Below are positions 9,190 through 18,085 of a DNA stretch of 64,000 bases, in pieces; the first letter of the stretch is position 1, and every line of letters starts with the position of its first letter. The stretch is taken from positions 426,076 through 490,075 of the forward strand of contig CBIMES010000001.1 of NCBI GenBank assembly GCA_966243015.1, in the 5' to 3' direction. The notes below the pieces were generated by a model that was not told the DNA's origin, searched no databases, and saw only the letters and a list, made by a program, of their open reading frames with translations. The stretch comes from an uncultured bacterium (lineage in GTDB: Bacteria > Patescibacteriota > Minisyncoccia > Phycocordibacterales > UBA6065). The position numbers were made by a program, and so were the translations under genes.

Positions 9190-12100
9190 CTAGTTGCCAA
9201 TCGCGACCCTCGTCCTTGCGCCGAAGTACCCCTCTGCCGGCGAGATACCCTTGGCAGACTGGAATCGCGAGAGAGCCGACCTCGTGGCGGGACCGAAGGT
9301 TGTCGTCTCAAGGCCCGGTGAACCAGCGCCCGAAACGGACACCACAAAACCATTCTCGTTGAGATATCGCTGAAGGAGTCTAATGCACGAGCCAGTTGAT
9401 CCGACCTGCATATCTGGACAAGTTCCAAGCGACTCGGGCTCAGGTGAAGGAGCTGCGGAAGCAGAAGGGATCAAATTGAGTGGGATAACGAGACCATTTA
9501 CCGTCACGCTCGCAGGCGCGGAAGGCCCAAGAAGCACGCTGAGGAGGCGAGCCAACACCGACCGGTCGATAGAGACAGAGACAGTCGGAACCACGGATGG
9601 CGCGACGACGGTCGCGGTCGTGAACGATGCGACATTCGAGGCCCTGCGAGCAGAGCTACCCGAAGAAGCTCGTGGCGGTGCCGAAGACTGATTGTCCGAA
9701 CCTTCAGATGACGGGCTCGAGAACGAGAATGAAACAGTCCTGGTTGAAGAACCTGTCGAACTTGCCCCTCGAACAGTGAGGGTCACATTGCCAGCGGATG
9801 GAGCAGCAATATCCGAACCACCGTTTGAACAGACCAAGTCCGAGAACGAAACACCGTCAAAGGAATAGGCGCAAGATTCAGAGTTTCCCCAAGAAATCGA
9901 AGGCGACCAGGAGTTCAGTGTAGAGGAAGCGACAGGAGATCCGATTGAAAGGGTCGGGGCGACCTCCGGCACGAATGAGCCGCCGTTTCGCGCGATAAAG
10001 AGAGTTGTTTCATTGTAATCGCTGTCCTGGAGATCTACCTGAGCACCGTCTGCAATCACCGTCCATGGGCCCTGTTCGTCAAATATAAATTCATGATCCG
10101 TATCCGAGATGATCAGACGTATCCTGGCGCCATCGATATCTCCACCCGAAAAAGAAGCACCGTCCCCCACGAACGTTGCGTCTCCCGTTATCGTGCCGTA
10201 GCTAGATGAATTATCATAGAATTCAGCAGACCCCTCTATGATTCCATCGTTTGAAGAATTATCCCTAAAGACGGCATCCCCGAAAATCGTCCCTTGATTC
10301 TGGGCGTACTCTCTGAATACGGCACCGTCAGCAACCGTCAAATCAATCGAGTTGTAACCATTGATGAATTCAGCCGACTTAACCGATGCGGGATCACCCG
10401 AATTTCCATACACAGTGCTCTGTACGATGAGGACATGATCATTTATACCAGGAATTGATGTCTCGTTAACACTCAGAGTTAAATCAGTCCACCAATTGTC
10501 CTGATTATTCCAATCACCGTCACCGGTGTCGTAGTCGTTGAAATAGAAGCCGTCATCAGGGTACCCGTGATACGTGATGGTACCGTATACGCTACCATCC
10601 AAAGGAAGTTCAACGGGGTAATATACATCCACATTACCCTCAACGACACCTTCGTGATAGGCCTCGACGCCTCTAAACTCGGCATTTCCCACAACCGTGC
10701 CGTCATTGCCGGAATCATTGAATATGGCATTACCCCCTATGATTCCATGGGCTTGACTTTCTGAAAGAAACTCGGCATCGCCCGTAATAGTGCCAAGCAT
10801 ATACGAATCCTCTTCAAACAAGGCGTCTCCCGTTATAGTCGCCCCATCTAGATAAGCCCCGTTCTGGAATGTTGCGAGACCAGTCACCGTAACATCGACA
10901 TAAAGAGTGCTGTCGATTACAAAGAGATTGGCAACGGCGGTCGTTGATCCCCCCGAATCACTATCAACCGAGTCCAAGAGAACGACATCGTCAGATGAAT
11001 TCGGGATTCTTCCCGCGTTTTCCGAAAGGTCGGGGCCCGTCCACCACAAGTCGGGCTCGTTCCAGTCATAATCATCTTCCCACGATTCAGGCACGTAGTA
11101 ATAAAGACCGTCTGGGTAGCCATGGAAAGTTGAAGTGCCCCCTACCGTGGCGCGAAACGGAAGCTCAACCGGAGTATACACGTCAAGATTACCCTCAATA
11201 ACAACCCCATCCGGCGAATCATCAACCCAGCTGTCGCCCCTTGCGGAAACGTTGCCTCGAATAAGGGTCCCGTACCCGAGAGCCGAGTCGATAAATTCCG
11301 CGTCACCCTTCACTTCACCGTAATTGTAAGCATCATTGATGAAACGCGCGTCCGTCGGAACCACAGCACCCTCATCATTTGCGTGACCATCGAATATAAA
11401 GAGCGTGATCTCTTGATCATCAGGACCGTACAAGGTTCCGCCGATGGATGGCTGGTAGGTGTTGTTATTGATGGTGAGCGTCGAGGTGCTGAAGGGGCCG
11501 TAATAAAGCGTCTCGACATAGGCATTGCCCGTAACCTCTATGTCACCCATGCTGATTCCCGTTCCAAAAGAGGCGTTTCCAATGACGCGATCTACCTGCA
11601 AGCCCGCATACTCCGAGTCTTCCTGCTGAGTGTTAACGAAAGACACACCCCTTTCAAGGGCCTCGCCGGTAAGACCCGTCGAGTCGATAGAATCGACGGG
11701 ATAGTACACCGAAAAATCAATAAGGGACGCGTCTAATACTGGCGCGACAGGGCCCAGAAGACGCGCGTCCATCTCGTTATGCGTTCCCGGTACCTCACCA
11801 GCGGGAACCGTGTGCGATTCGTCTGAATACCAATTATCGACATTGAACCAATCGGTGTCGCCCGCAGAGTACCAGTAGTAGTAACCATCGGTGACAGTGA
11901 AAAGCTCGGAGGCAACCGTGGCCTCATTGCCGTTCTCATCCGTGCCCCGAACCGTGAGAGTGTGCTGGCCGATAGAGGGAGCCGGAATATCATACCCCGC
12001 CGCCTCACAGTCAACGGCCTGGTAGCTTTCCTCATCAAACGCATACTCGCAAACCGCCGAGTCTCCCCACGACACACCAATGTCCCATGCGCTTGATTTG

Positions 12101-13389
12101 ATCGAGGAGCCCGGGCTCATAAAATCACCTAACTGCAGATCCGGAGGAGTGACATCGTTGTAGGTAAAGGAGACCGAGGTCGAGGTTGCCTCTCCGTTCT
12201 CATCGAGAAATATCGACAGGGTGTAATCACCGTTTGTCAGGACCTCATCCGAAAGCTCGTCGCCAGTGCTGCCGCAACTCACCACCTGTCGAGGCAACTC
12301 ATTTAACTGATACTCACAGACGGAACCGTCATCGGGACCGCCGAAGGAAATCAAAGGGTTCCACTCTCCCTCGCCGATAACGGACAAATTTGTCGGGCTC
12401 GAAATAGAAATGGTCGGTACGCCCCAATTAAACCCTATAATAGCGCCTGAACGTATGGCATAGAAGGTTTTGCCGTCCGAAGAAAAGGGAGAAACACCTC
12501 CCCATTGCTGAAACGGACTCTTTTGGCCCCAGGTCTGACCGCCGTCGAATGAGGCATACGGCGAACCTAACCCGCCGAACGAAACCATTCTCTCGCCATC
12601 GGCTGAGACTGACACATATAAACTCGAGGCGCCGGTATCCGAGGTTGACGACCAGCTTGAGCCGGAGTCACGGGAGTACCGCAGGTAGTCGTTGCTTGAT
12701 CCGACGACGACTGTCGAACCATCAGCGGAAACGGAGGCCCCACGCCAAAGACCGAGGCCAACCTCTGAGACGGCGTCCCAGGAGGCTCCCGAGTCAGTCG
12801 AGAGATACGCTGACCCAGAATCCTTCGTGGCAGCAATCACACTGCCGTCATCGGACACGGCGACATCGAACCAGTTGCCTGAGCCCGAAGCGCTCGAGGT
12901 CGCCCAGGTCGAACCGGAATCAGAGGATATAAATATATATTCGTCACTTGCGAGAGCCACGGAAGACCCGTCGCCCGATACCGCCACGGACCTCCACGGG
13001 ACGCCCGTGGGAAGACCCGTGGAAATTGTGTTCCAGGAGTTTCCGAGGTCCTCGGAAGAGTATGGCCCTCCGTTCAGACCAACCGCGACCACAAGAGATT
13101 CGTCGCGAGACATGGCGATATCACTCCATTGGGTTGAGGGAGCATCTTTTCTCTGAATAAACGCGCTCCCCCCAATCTTTTCATAGAACCAGACGTAGTC
13201 ATTGCTTGACTGATTGACGGCGACGACATTGTTTCCATCTCCGGAAGACGAGAGGGCCGTCCACGAACCGTTGAGGCCCGTGATGAAATTTTGGAAGGCG
13301 GCGAAAGCGTGGCCTGCCGATGACAGAAAAGCCATCCCCATCAAGATGACAGCGACGACGCGAAAAAATCTTTTTTTCAAGGTGAACAT
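9190..13389 (-). CDS. Large secreted surface protein: Asp-box beta-propeller, Ig-like and beta-helix repeats, C-terminal peptidoglycan-binding domain
   Basis: Signal peptide from ATG 13389 (after TGtTATAAT); SxDxGxTW repeats; ITGDAxF repeats; C-terminal LLQRYLN...FGPATRSALSRFQ...GYFGARTR. Confidence 0.85.
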   Translation of the reverse strand: MFTLKKRFFRVVAVILMGMAFLSSAGHAFAAFQNFITGLNGSWTALSSSGDGNNVVAVNQSSNDYVWFYEKIGGSAFIQRKDAPSTQWSDIAMSRDESLVVAVGLNGGPYSSEDLGNSWNTISTGLPTGVPWRSVAVSGDGSSVALASDEYIFISSDSGSTWATSSASGSGNWFDVAVSDDGSVIAATKDSGSAYLSTDSGASWDAVSEVGLGLWRGASVSADGSTVVVGSSNDYLRYSRDSGSSWSSTSDTGASSLYVSVSADGERMVSFGGLGSPYASFDGGQTWGQKSPFQQWGGVSPFSSDGKTFYAIRSGAIIGFNWGVPTISISSPTNLSVIGEGEWNPLISFGGPDDGSVCEYQLNELPRQVVSCGSTGDELSDEVLTNGDYTLSIFLDENGEATSTSVSFTYNDVTPPDLQLGDFMSPGSSIKSSAWDIGVSWGDSAVCEYAFDEESYQAVDCEAAGYDIPAPSIGQHTLTVRGTDENGNEATVASELFTVTDGYYYWYSAGDTDWFNVDNWYSDESHTVPAGEVPGTHNEMDARLLGPVAPVLDASLIDFSVYYPVDSIDSTGLTGEALERGVSFVNTQQEDSEYAGLQVDRVIGNASFGTGISMGDIEVTGNAYVETLYYGPFSTSTLTINNNTYQPSIGGTLYGPDDQEITLFIFDGHANDEGAVVPTDARFINDAYNYGEVKGDAEFIDSALGYGTLIRGNVSARGDSWVDDSPDGVVIEGNLDVYTPVELPFRATVGGTSTFHGYPDGLYYYVPESWEDDYDWNEPDLWWTGPDLSENAGRIPNSSDDVVLLDSVDSDSGGSTTAVANLFVIDSTLYVDVTVTGLATFQNGAYLDGATITGDALFEEDSYMLGTITGDAEFLSESQAHGIIGGNAIFNDSGNDGTVVGNAEFRGVEAYHEGVVEGNVDVYYPVELPLDGSVYGTITYHGYPDDGFYFNDYDTGDGDWNNQDNWWTDLTLSVNETSIPGINDHVLIVQSTVYGNSGDPASVKSAEFINGYNSIDLTVADGAVFREYAQNQGTIFGDAVFRDNSSNDGIIEGSAEFYDNSSSYGTITGDATFVGDGASFSGGDIDGARIRLIISDTDHEFIFDEQGPWTVIADGAQVDLQDSDYNETTLFIARNGGSFVPEVAPTLSIGSPVASSTLNSWSPSISWGNSESCAYSFDGVSFSDLVCSNGGSDIAAPSAGNVTLTVRGASSTGSSTRTVSFSFSSPSSEGSDNQSSAPPRASSGSSARRASNVASFTTATVVAPSVVPTVSVSIDRSVLARLLSVLLGPSAPASVTVNGLVIPLNLIPSASAAPSPEPESLGTCPDMQVGSTGSCIRLLQRYLNENGFVVSVSGAGSPGLETTTFGPATRSALSRFQSAKGISPAEGYFGARTRVAIGN

Positions 13390-13470
13390 AATGCAGAAAT
13401 TATAACACCACCCTTCACAAAAAAACACCGAGGGCCATTTACCCATAAAACCTGGCGCGCCCTTAAACCA

Positions 13471-13790
13471 CGGAGGATGAGAGATTCTGTCACGGGTAAT
13501 TTTCTGCCGAAAATTCCCGCGGCCCCGCCTCGTGCCGTCGCGTTCCTGCCTTCCCATAACTCATCCCCACGCAAAAGAAAAAACCGGTCAGACGGCCATG
13601 GGACGTCCTCTCGGTCTTTTGCGGAGGATGAGAGATTCGGTCCTTACAGGACCAGTACCCACGGTTGGATTTTACCTTCGCCGGGTACGGCTCGATAAAA
13701 TCTCAACCGAGCTTCGAATCTCTCACGCAGACGCAACGCGTCTGCTATCCTCCGCTTAATAAAATCGCCGCCATACGGCGGGATTTTAAA
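13471..13790 (-). repeat. Two tandem tRNA-Ser 3'-end-derived fold-back elements
   Basis: Direct copies of the tRNA 3' end (CGGAGGATGAGAGATTC on +) at 13471 and 13622; inverted copies at 13713-13755 (split by a hairpin) and ~13559-13572 (degenerate). Confidence 0.8.
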
Positions 13791-13792
13791 GG

Positions 13793-13879
13793 CGGAGGAT
13801 GAGAGATTCGAACTCTCGGTGCCATTTCTGACACACAGTCTTTCCAGGACTGCGCACTAGACCACTATGCGAATCCTCC
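13793..13879 (-). tRNA. tRNA-Ser (anticodon GGA), CCA not fully encoded
   Basis: GGAGGAT acceptor stem, CAGTC-CTGGAAA-GACTG anticodon arm, long variable arm, GTTCGAATC T loop. Confidence 0.95.
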
Positions 13880-13950
13880 GTGTCCTATGAGAATAGCCGA
13901 AAATCAGAGATAAGCAAAGGGCGGTACGTGGCACGCCAGGCACAGGCGCA

Positions 13951-14715
13951 TTACCATCGGCCGCTTGATCCGCCGCCTCCCGAGCTCCCGCCCCCGAATC
14001 CGCCAAAGCCCCCGCCCCTGCCCGATCCGCCACGACCGCCCATACCGCCCAAGAGAAGGCCCGCGAGGAAATCACCGCCCGTCCCCTTGCCCGTTCCGCC
14101 GCGTCCGCCGCCAAGCCTCGCGGCAACAAGAAAGATGAGAATCATGACAATCCAGAAGAGCATGAACTCGCGTTTGTTTTTGCCCGCCTCGATCTCGTCG
14201 GCAGCCTGCTGATCGGTGACGTACTGTGCAAAGTCAGGATCTCCCTCGACGAGGGCAATAAGGGCGTCAACGCCCGCGTTTATGCCGTCATAGTACTTTC
14301 CCTCCGCGAATCGCGGCACGACAAGGGTCCGCATGACGACCGAGGAGGCCGCGTCGGTCACGACAGGCTCCATGCCGTAGCCAACCTCGATGCGAGCCTC
14401 GCGATCATTAGGCGCCACGAGGAAGAGGAGGCCGTTGTCCTTGAGCTCCTTGCCGATTCCCCACTCCTCAAAGAGCTTGACCGCATAGTTTTCGATCGTG
14501 TCGCCGCCAAGGGACGGCACGGTTACTACCGCGAGCTCGACCCCTGCCGGCCTCTCGAAATTGCCAATCTTGTTCTCGAGGTATGCCCTTTCCTCGGACG
14601 AGAGGATGCTGGCGAAGTCGTTCACGAATCCCGAGGGCCTACCTGGGCTCTCATACGCCAAAAGGGGCTGCGCGAGGCACAGACCCGTGATGATGGCGAG
14701 GAGAATCCTCTTCAT
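13951..14715 (-). CDS. TPM domain protein (YgcG family)
   Basis: VNDFA, WGIG...DNGLLFLVA, RIEVGYGME; Gly-rich GGGSSGGGG tail. Confidence 0.92.
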   Translation of the reverse strand: MKRILLAIITGLCLAQPLLAYESPGRPSGFVNDFASILSSEERAYLENKIGNFERPAGVELAVVTVPSLGGDTIENYAVKLFEEWGIGKELKDNGLLFLVAPNDREARIEVGYGMEPVVTDAASSVVMRTLVVPRFAEGKYYDGINAGVDALIALVEGDPDFAQYVTDQQAADEIEAGKNKREFMLFWIVMILIFLVAARLGGGRGGTGKGTGGDFLAGLLLGGMGGRGGSGRGGGFGGFGGGSSGGGGSSGRW

Positions 14716-14723
14716 GCGGCCTT

Positions 14724-15278
14724 CTAGAAATTAACCGTCGGGGCAGTCTCGGATCCCGCAGCAGCCTGGAAGTAGGCCTTGGTGTCATATCCGAAGGCTC
14801 CGGCTATAACCGAGCTTGGGAAACGCTTTGCGACGAGATTGTACGCGCGGACGGAGTCATTGTATCGGCCGCGCTCGACCGAGATGCGATTCTCGGTTCC
14901 CTCGATCTGGGCCATGAGGGTCTGAACGCTGTTAATCGACTTGAGCTCTGGATAGTTCTCCATGACGACGAGGAGTCGCGCGAACGCGGACTCTACCTCG
15001 GTCGCGGCCTGAGCCTTCTCGTCGACGCTCGACGCGCCGGCGTATCGGGTGCGGGCGTCAGCGAGAGCGCCGAAGACCGCCTCCTCCTGCTTCATGGCCC
15101 CTTTTACCGAGTTCACAAGGTTCGGGATAAGGTCAACTCGCCTCTGGTACTGGGTCTCCACCTGGGCCCACTGAGTATCAACGGACTCAGAGACCGACAC
15201 GAGCTTGTTATAGGTGACAAAACCGTAGCCAAGCACGAGAACCGCGACAACAACAAGGGCAATGATGATTTTCTTCAT
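14724..15278 (-). CDS. lemA: LemA family protein
   Basis: QYQRRVDLIPNLV, ENYPELKS, TENRISVER. Confidence 0.95.
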   Translation of the reverse strand: MKKIIIALVVVAVLVLGYGFVTYNKLVSVSESVDTQWAQVETQYQRRVDLIPNLVNSVKGAMKQEEAVFGALADARTRYAGASSVDEKAQAATEVESAFARLLVVMENYPELKSINSVQTLMAQIEGTENRISVERGRYNDSVRAYNLVAKRFPSSVIAGAFGYDTKAYFQAAAGSETAPTVNF

Positions 15279-15293
15279 ATATATAAGTATGTA

Positions 15294-15932
15294 CTAAATC
15301 GATCGAAACACAAAGAGAGACAAGAGGGCGAAGACCACGGCCGCATAGAGCACGTAGGTGGCGGCAGTGAGAAGGGCTGGAACGCCGAAAAGCATCGAGA
15401 ACAGAAGAAGGATAATACCAACGCACTGAAGAATCATCTTGCTCTTGCCCATGGTCTTGGCCGGTACAATCCTGCCCTTGTAGCGGAAATACGCCGATGA
15501 GACGAGGAAGATCTCGATAATGACGATGGCGAGGGCGAGATAAACGCTGATATGCTTCGATATGACAATGGTCGCCACGCTGCCGATAAGAAGCTTGTCC
15601 GCGATAGGGTCATACAAAGTTCCCCAGGTGGTTACCTTCCTTTTGGTGCGTGCCAGCGCGCCGTCCAAGGCGTCGGAGAAGGCCGAGAACAGGAACAGGA
15701 TGGTCCCCGCGAGATAGAAGTTGAGGGCGAACAGGAGGGCGACGAAAGGTATCGAGATCAGCCTGAATTTGGTGATCTGGTTCGGGGTTGTGCCGGCAGG
15801 GAGAATCGGGAGGAAGGTCTTTGCCAGGAAACGGTCGATGGGTGTGACCCTCGTGAGGTACGTCACCTTGGTTTCCGGCACGTCCAGATAGCGGTCGAGG
15901 AAGGTAAGTATGGGGTTCTGGTGCTGTTCCAT
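15294..15932 (-). CDS. CDP-alcohol phosphatidyltransferase (PgsA-like)
   Basis: TPNQIT and DALDGALAR...G...DPIADK signature. Confidence 0.9.
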   Translation of the reverse strand: MEQHQNPILTFLDRYLDVPETKVTYLTRVTPIDRFLAKTFLPILPAGTTPNQITKFRLISIPFVALLFALNFYLAGTILFLFSAFSDALDGALARTKRKVTTWGTLYDPIADKLLIGSVATIVISKHISVYLALAIVIIEIFLVSSAYFRYKGRIVPAKTMGKSKMILQCVGIILLLFSMLFGVPALLTAATYVLYAAVVFALLSLFVFRSI

Positions 15933-15994
15933 CAGAGCCTCACTATACCATGAAGGATTTGCGGCCGCATGCCTTTTGTGCTAGGATGTAGCGC

Positions 15995-16228
15995 ATGAGT
16001 ACGATTTCTAGCATACTGCCGTACGTACAGATCGCCATCTCGGCCCTCCTTATCGTCGTCATCCTGCTCCAGCAGTCTGGCGCGATGAACGGAGGCGCCC
16101 TCGGAGGCGCTGACAACGCTGGCTCGGTATTCCACACCCGACGAGGCTTCGAGAAGCTTCTCTTCATCTCCACCATTGTTCTCGGAGTGCTTTTCGCCCT
16201 CTCGGCCTTTGCTGCGCTCGTACTCTAG
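15995..16228 (+). CDS. secG: Preprotein translocase subunit SecG
   Basis: LIVVILLQQSG...GGALGG...TRRGFEK; two TM helices. Confidence 0.92.
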   Translation: MSTISSILPYVQIAISALLIVVILLQQSGAMNGGALGGADNAGSVFHTRRGFEKLLFISTIVLGVLFALSAFAALVL

Positions 16229-16270
16229 TCTCCCCTTACCCCTTTAACCCAACCTGCTCGGCAGGATCTC

Positions 16271-18052
16271 ATGGAACAAGGTTCTCCCTCTCAGAGCGCG
16301 CTTACGCGCGAGCGCTCTATTAAGGCGCTTGACGGTATAGAGTCTCTCTACAGATCATTCACCATAACCGAGAAAGTCATCTTCCTCGTAGCCGGAGGCA
16401 TTTTCGCCCTCGGCACCCTTTCGCTTCTTTATAAGATAAACGAGCAGTTCGTCGTCGAGATTCCGACCCGCGGAGGTTCCCTCACCGAGGGCATCATCGG
16501 CACGCCCCGCTTCATCAATCCGCTCCTCGCGACCTCTGACGCCGACAAGGACCTTTCGACGCTTGTCTACTCGGGACTTCTCAAGCGAGAGGCCTCGGGC
16601 GAGCTCGTGCCAGACCTCGCCGAGAGGTACGAGGTGTCCGAGGACGGCCTCGTCTACTCGTTCGTCATCAGAAACGACGCAAAGTTCCACGACGGAACGC
16701 CCGTGACCGCCGACGACGTCGAGTTCACCGTGCTCAAGGCTCAGGACGACACGCTCAAGAGCCCGCGTCAGATCAACTGGGACGGCGTCACCGTAAACAA
16801 GACCGGGACGCACGAGGTCTCGTTCACCCTCAAGAAGCCGTATGCCCCATTCTCCGCAAACCTTACCCTCGGCATCCTGCCAAAGCACGTCTGGCAGAAC
16901 TTTCAGAGTGACCAGTTCCCGTTCAGCTCCTACAACATCGAGCCTGTCGGTTCGGGTCCCTATAAAATCGCCTCGGTGCGACGCTCGAGCCAGGGTATCC
17001 CCGTCTCAATCAAGCTTAAGGCAAACAAGTCGTACGCGCTCGGAGAGCCGCACATAAGCGAGCTCACCTTCGCGTTCTACGGAAACGACAAGGCCCTCCA
17101 GGAGGCAATCGCCGGCGGAGAGGTCGAGAGCGGCTCGAACCTGAGCCCGTCGTCCGCACAGGCCCTCGCGGACGAGAGCCACATCATCGAGGCCCCTCTC
17201 ACCCGAGTCTTCGGCGTCTTCTTCAACCAGAACAACAAGGAGATCCTCGCGCACAAGGCGCTTCGACAGGCCCTCGACCTCTCGGTCGACAAGCAGGACA
17301 TCATCGACAACGTACTCATGGGATACGGAAGCATCGCCACCGAGCCCCTCCCCCCTTCATTTGACGCGGCGCCGGCCGCCGAGGCCCCGTCAGAGGACGC
17401 GACCTCGACCCGACTGGCCAAGATCGAAAAGGCCCAGGGACTCCTCGGCAAGGACGGTTGGGTGAAAAACGACGAGGGACTCCTCGAGTCAAAGCCAAAG
17501 TCAGGAGCTTCAACCACCCTCTCGTTCTCGCTCTCGACGGCAAACATCCCCGAGCTCGTCGACGCGGCGCGGCACATCGAGGGAAACTGGAAGGAGCTGG
17601 GTATCTCGACCGACATCAAGGTCTTCGAGCCGAGCGACCTCAATCAGACCGTCATCCGACCCCGCAAGTACGAGGCCCTGCTCTTCGGCATGGTTACCGG
17701 CGCGAATCCAGACCTGTACGCCTTCTGGCACTCATCGCAGCGCAACGACCCGGGCCTGAACATCGCCCTTTACACGAACGCCCGCGCGGACAAGATCCTC
17801 GAGACCATGCGCCAGGCAAACCCCGCAGACGTCCCCGCCCAGTACCAGGAGTTTGCCGCGGAGATAGCCGCCGACAGTCCCGCAGTCTTCCTCTGGAGCC
17901 CGAACTTCATCTACGCGATCCCCGAGAAAGTCCACGGAGTAGAGCTTCAGCAGATCACCAGCCCAAGCGACCGCTTCGTAAACATAGAAGACTGGTACAT
18001 CAACACGGACCGGGTATGGCGCATTTTCACCACCAATACAAACAAGGAATAA
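16271..18052 (+). CDS. ABC transporter substrate-binding protein, family 5 (no adjacent permease or ATPase)
   Basis: LVPDLAE, FHDGTPVTADDVEFT, PVGSGPY; N-terminal TM anchor. Confidence 0.9.
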   Translation: MEQGSPSQSALTRERSIKALDGIESLYRSFTITEKVIFLVAGGIFALGTLSLLYKINEQFVVEIPTRGGSLTEGIIGTPRFINPLLATSDADKDLSTLVYSGLLKREASGELVPDLAERYEVSEDGLVYSFVIRNDAKFHDGTPVTADDVEFTVLKAQDDTLKSPRQINWDGVTVNKTGTHEVSFTLKKPYAPFSANLTLGILPKHVWQNFQSDQFPFSSYNIEPVGSGPYKIASVRRSSQGIPVSIKLKANKSYALGEPHISELTFAFYGNDKALQEAIAGGEVESGSNLSPSSAQALADESHIIEAPLTRVFGVFFNQNNKEILAHKALRQALDLSVDKQDIIDNVLMGYGSIATEPLPPSFDAAPAAEAPSEDATSTRLAKIEKAQGLLGKDGWVKNDEGLLESKPKSGASTTLSFSLSTANIPELVDAARHIEGNWKELGISTDIKVFEPSDLNQTVIRPRKYEALLFGMVTGANPDLYAFWHSSQRNDPGLNIALYTNARADKILETMRQANPADVPAQYQEFAAEIAADSPAVFLWSPNFIYAIPEKVHGVELQQITSPSDRFVNIEDWYINTDRVWRIFTTNTNKE

Positions 18053-18085
18053 TCAATTAATCATCACTTTATTACCACCACTTAC

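Noticed and set aside
9190-13487. Prophage or integrative element at tRNA-Ser
   Set aside because: No integrase or phage genes; all tRNA-end copies I found are within ~330 nt of the tRNA and do not bracket the large gene
13390-13557. N-terminal extensions given by the ORF track (also for fba, pfkB, lexA, pheA, the thioredoxin-like gene and the methyltransferase)
   Set aside because: They run through promoters, repeats or neighbouring genes; downstream ATGs have -10 or SD support
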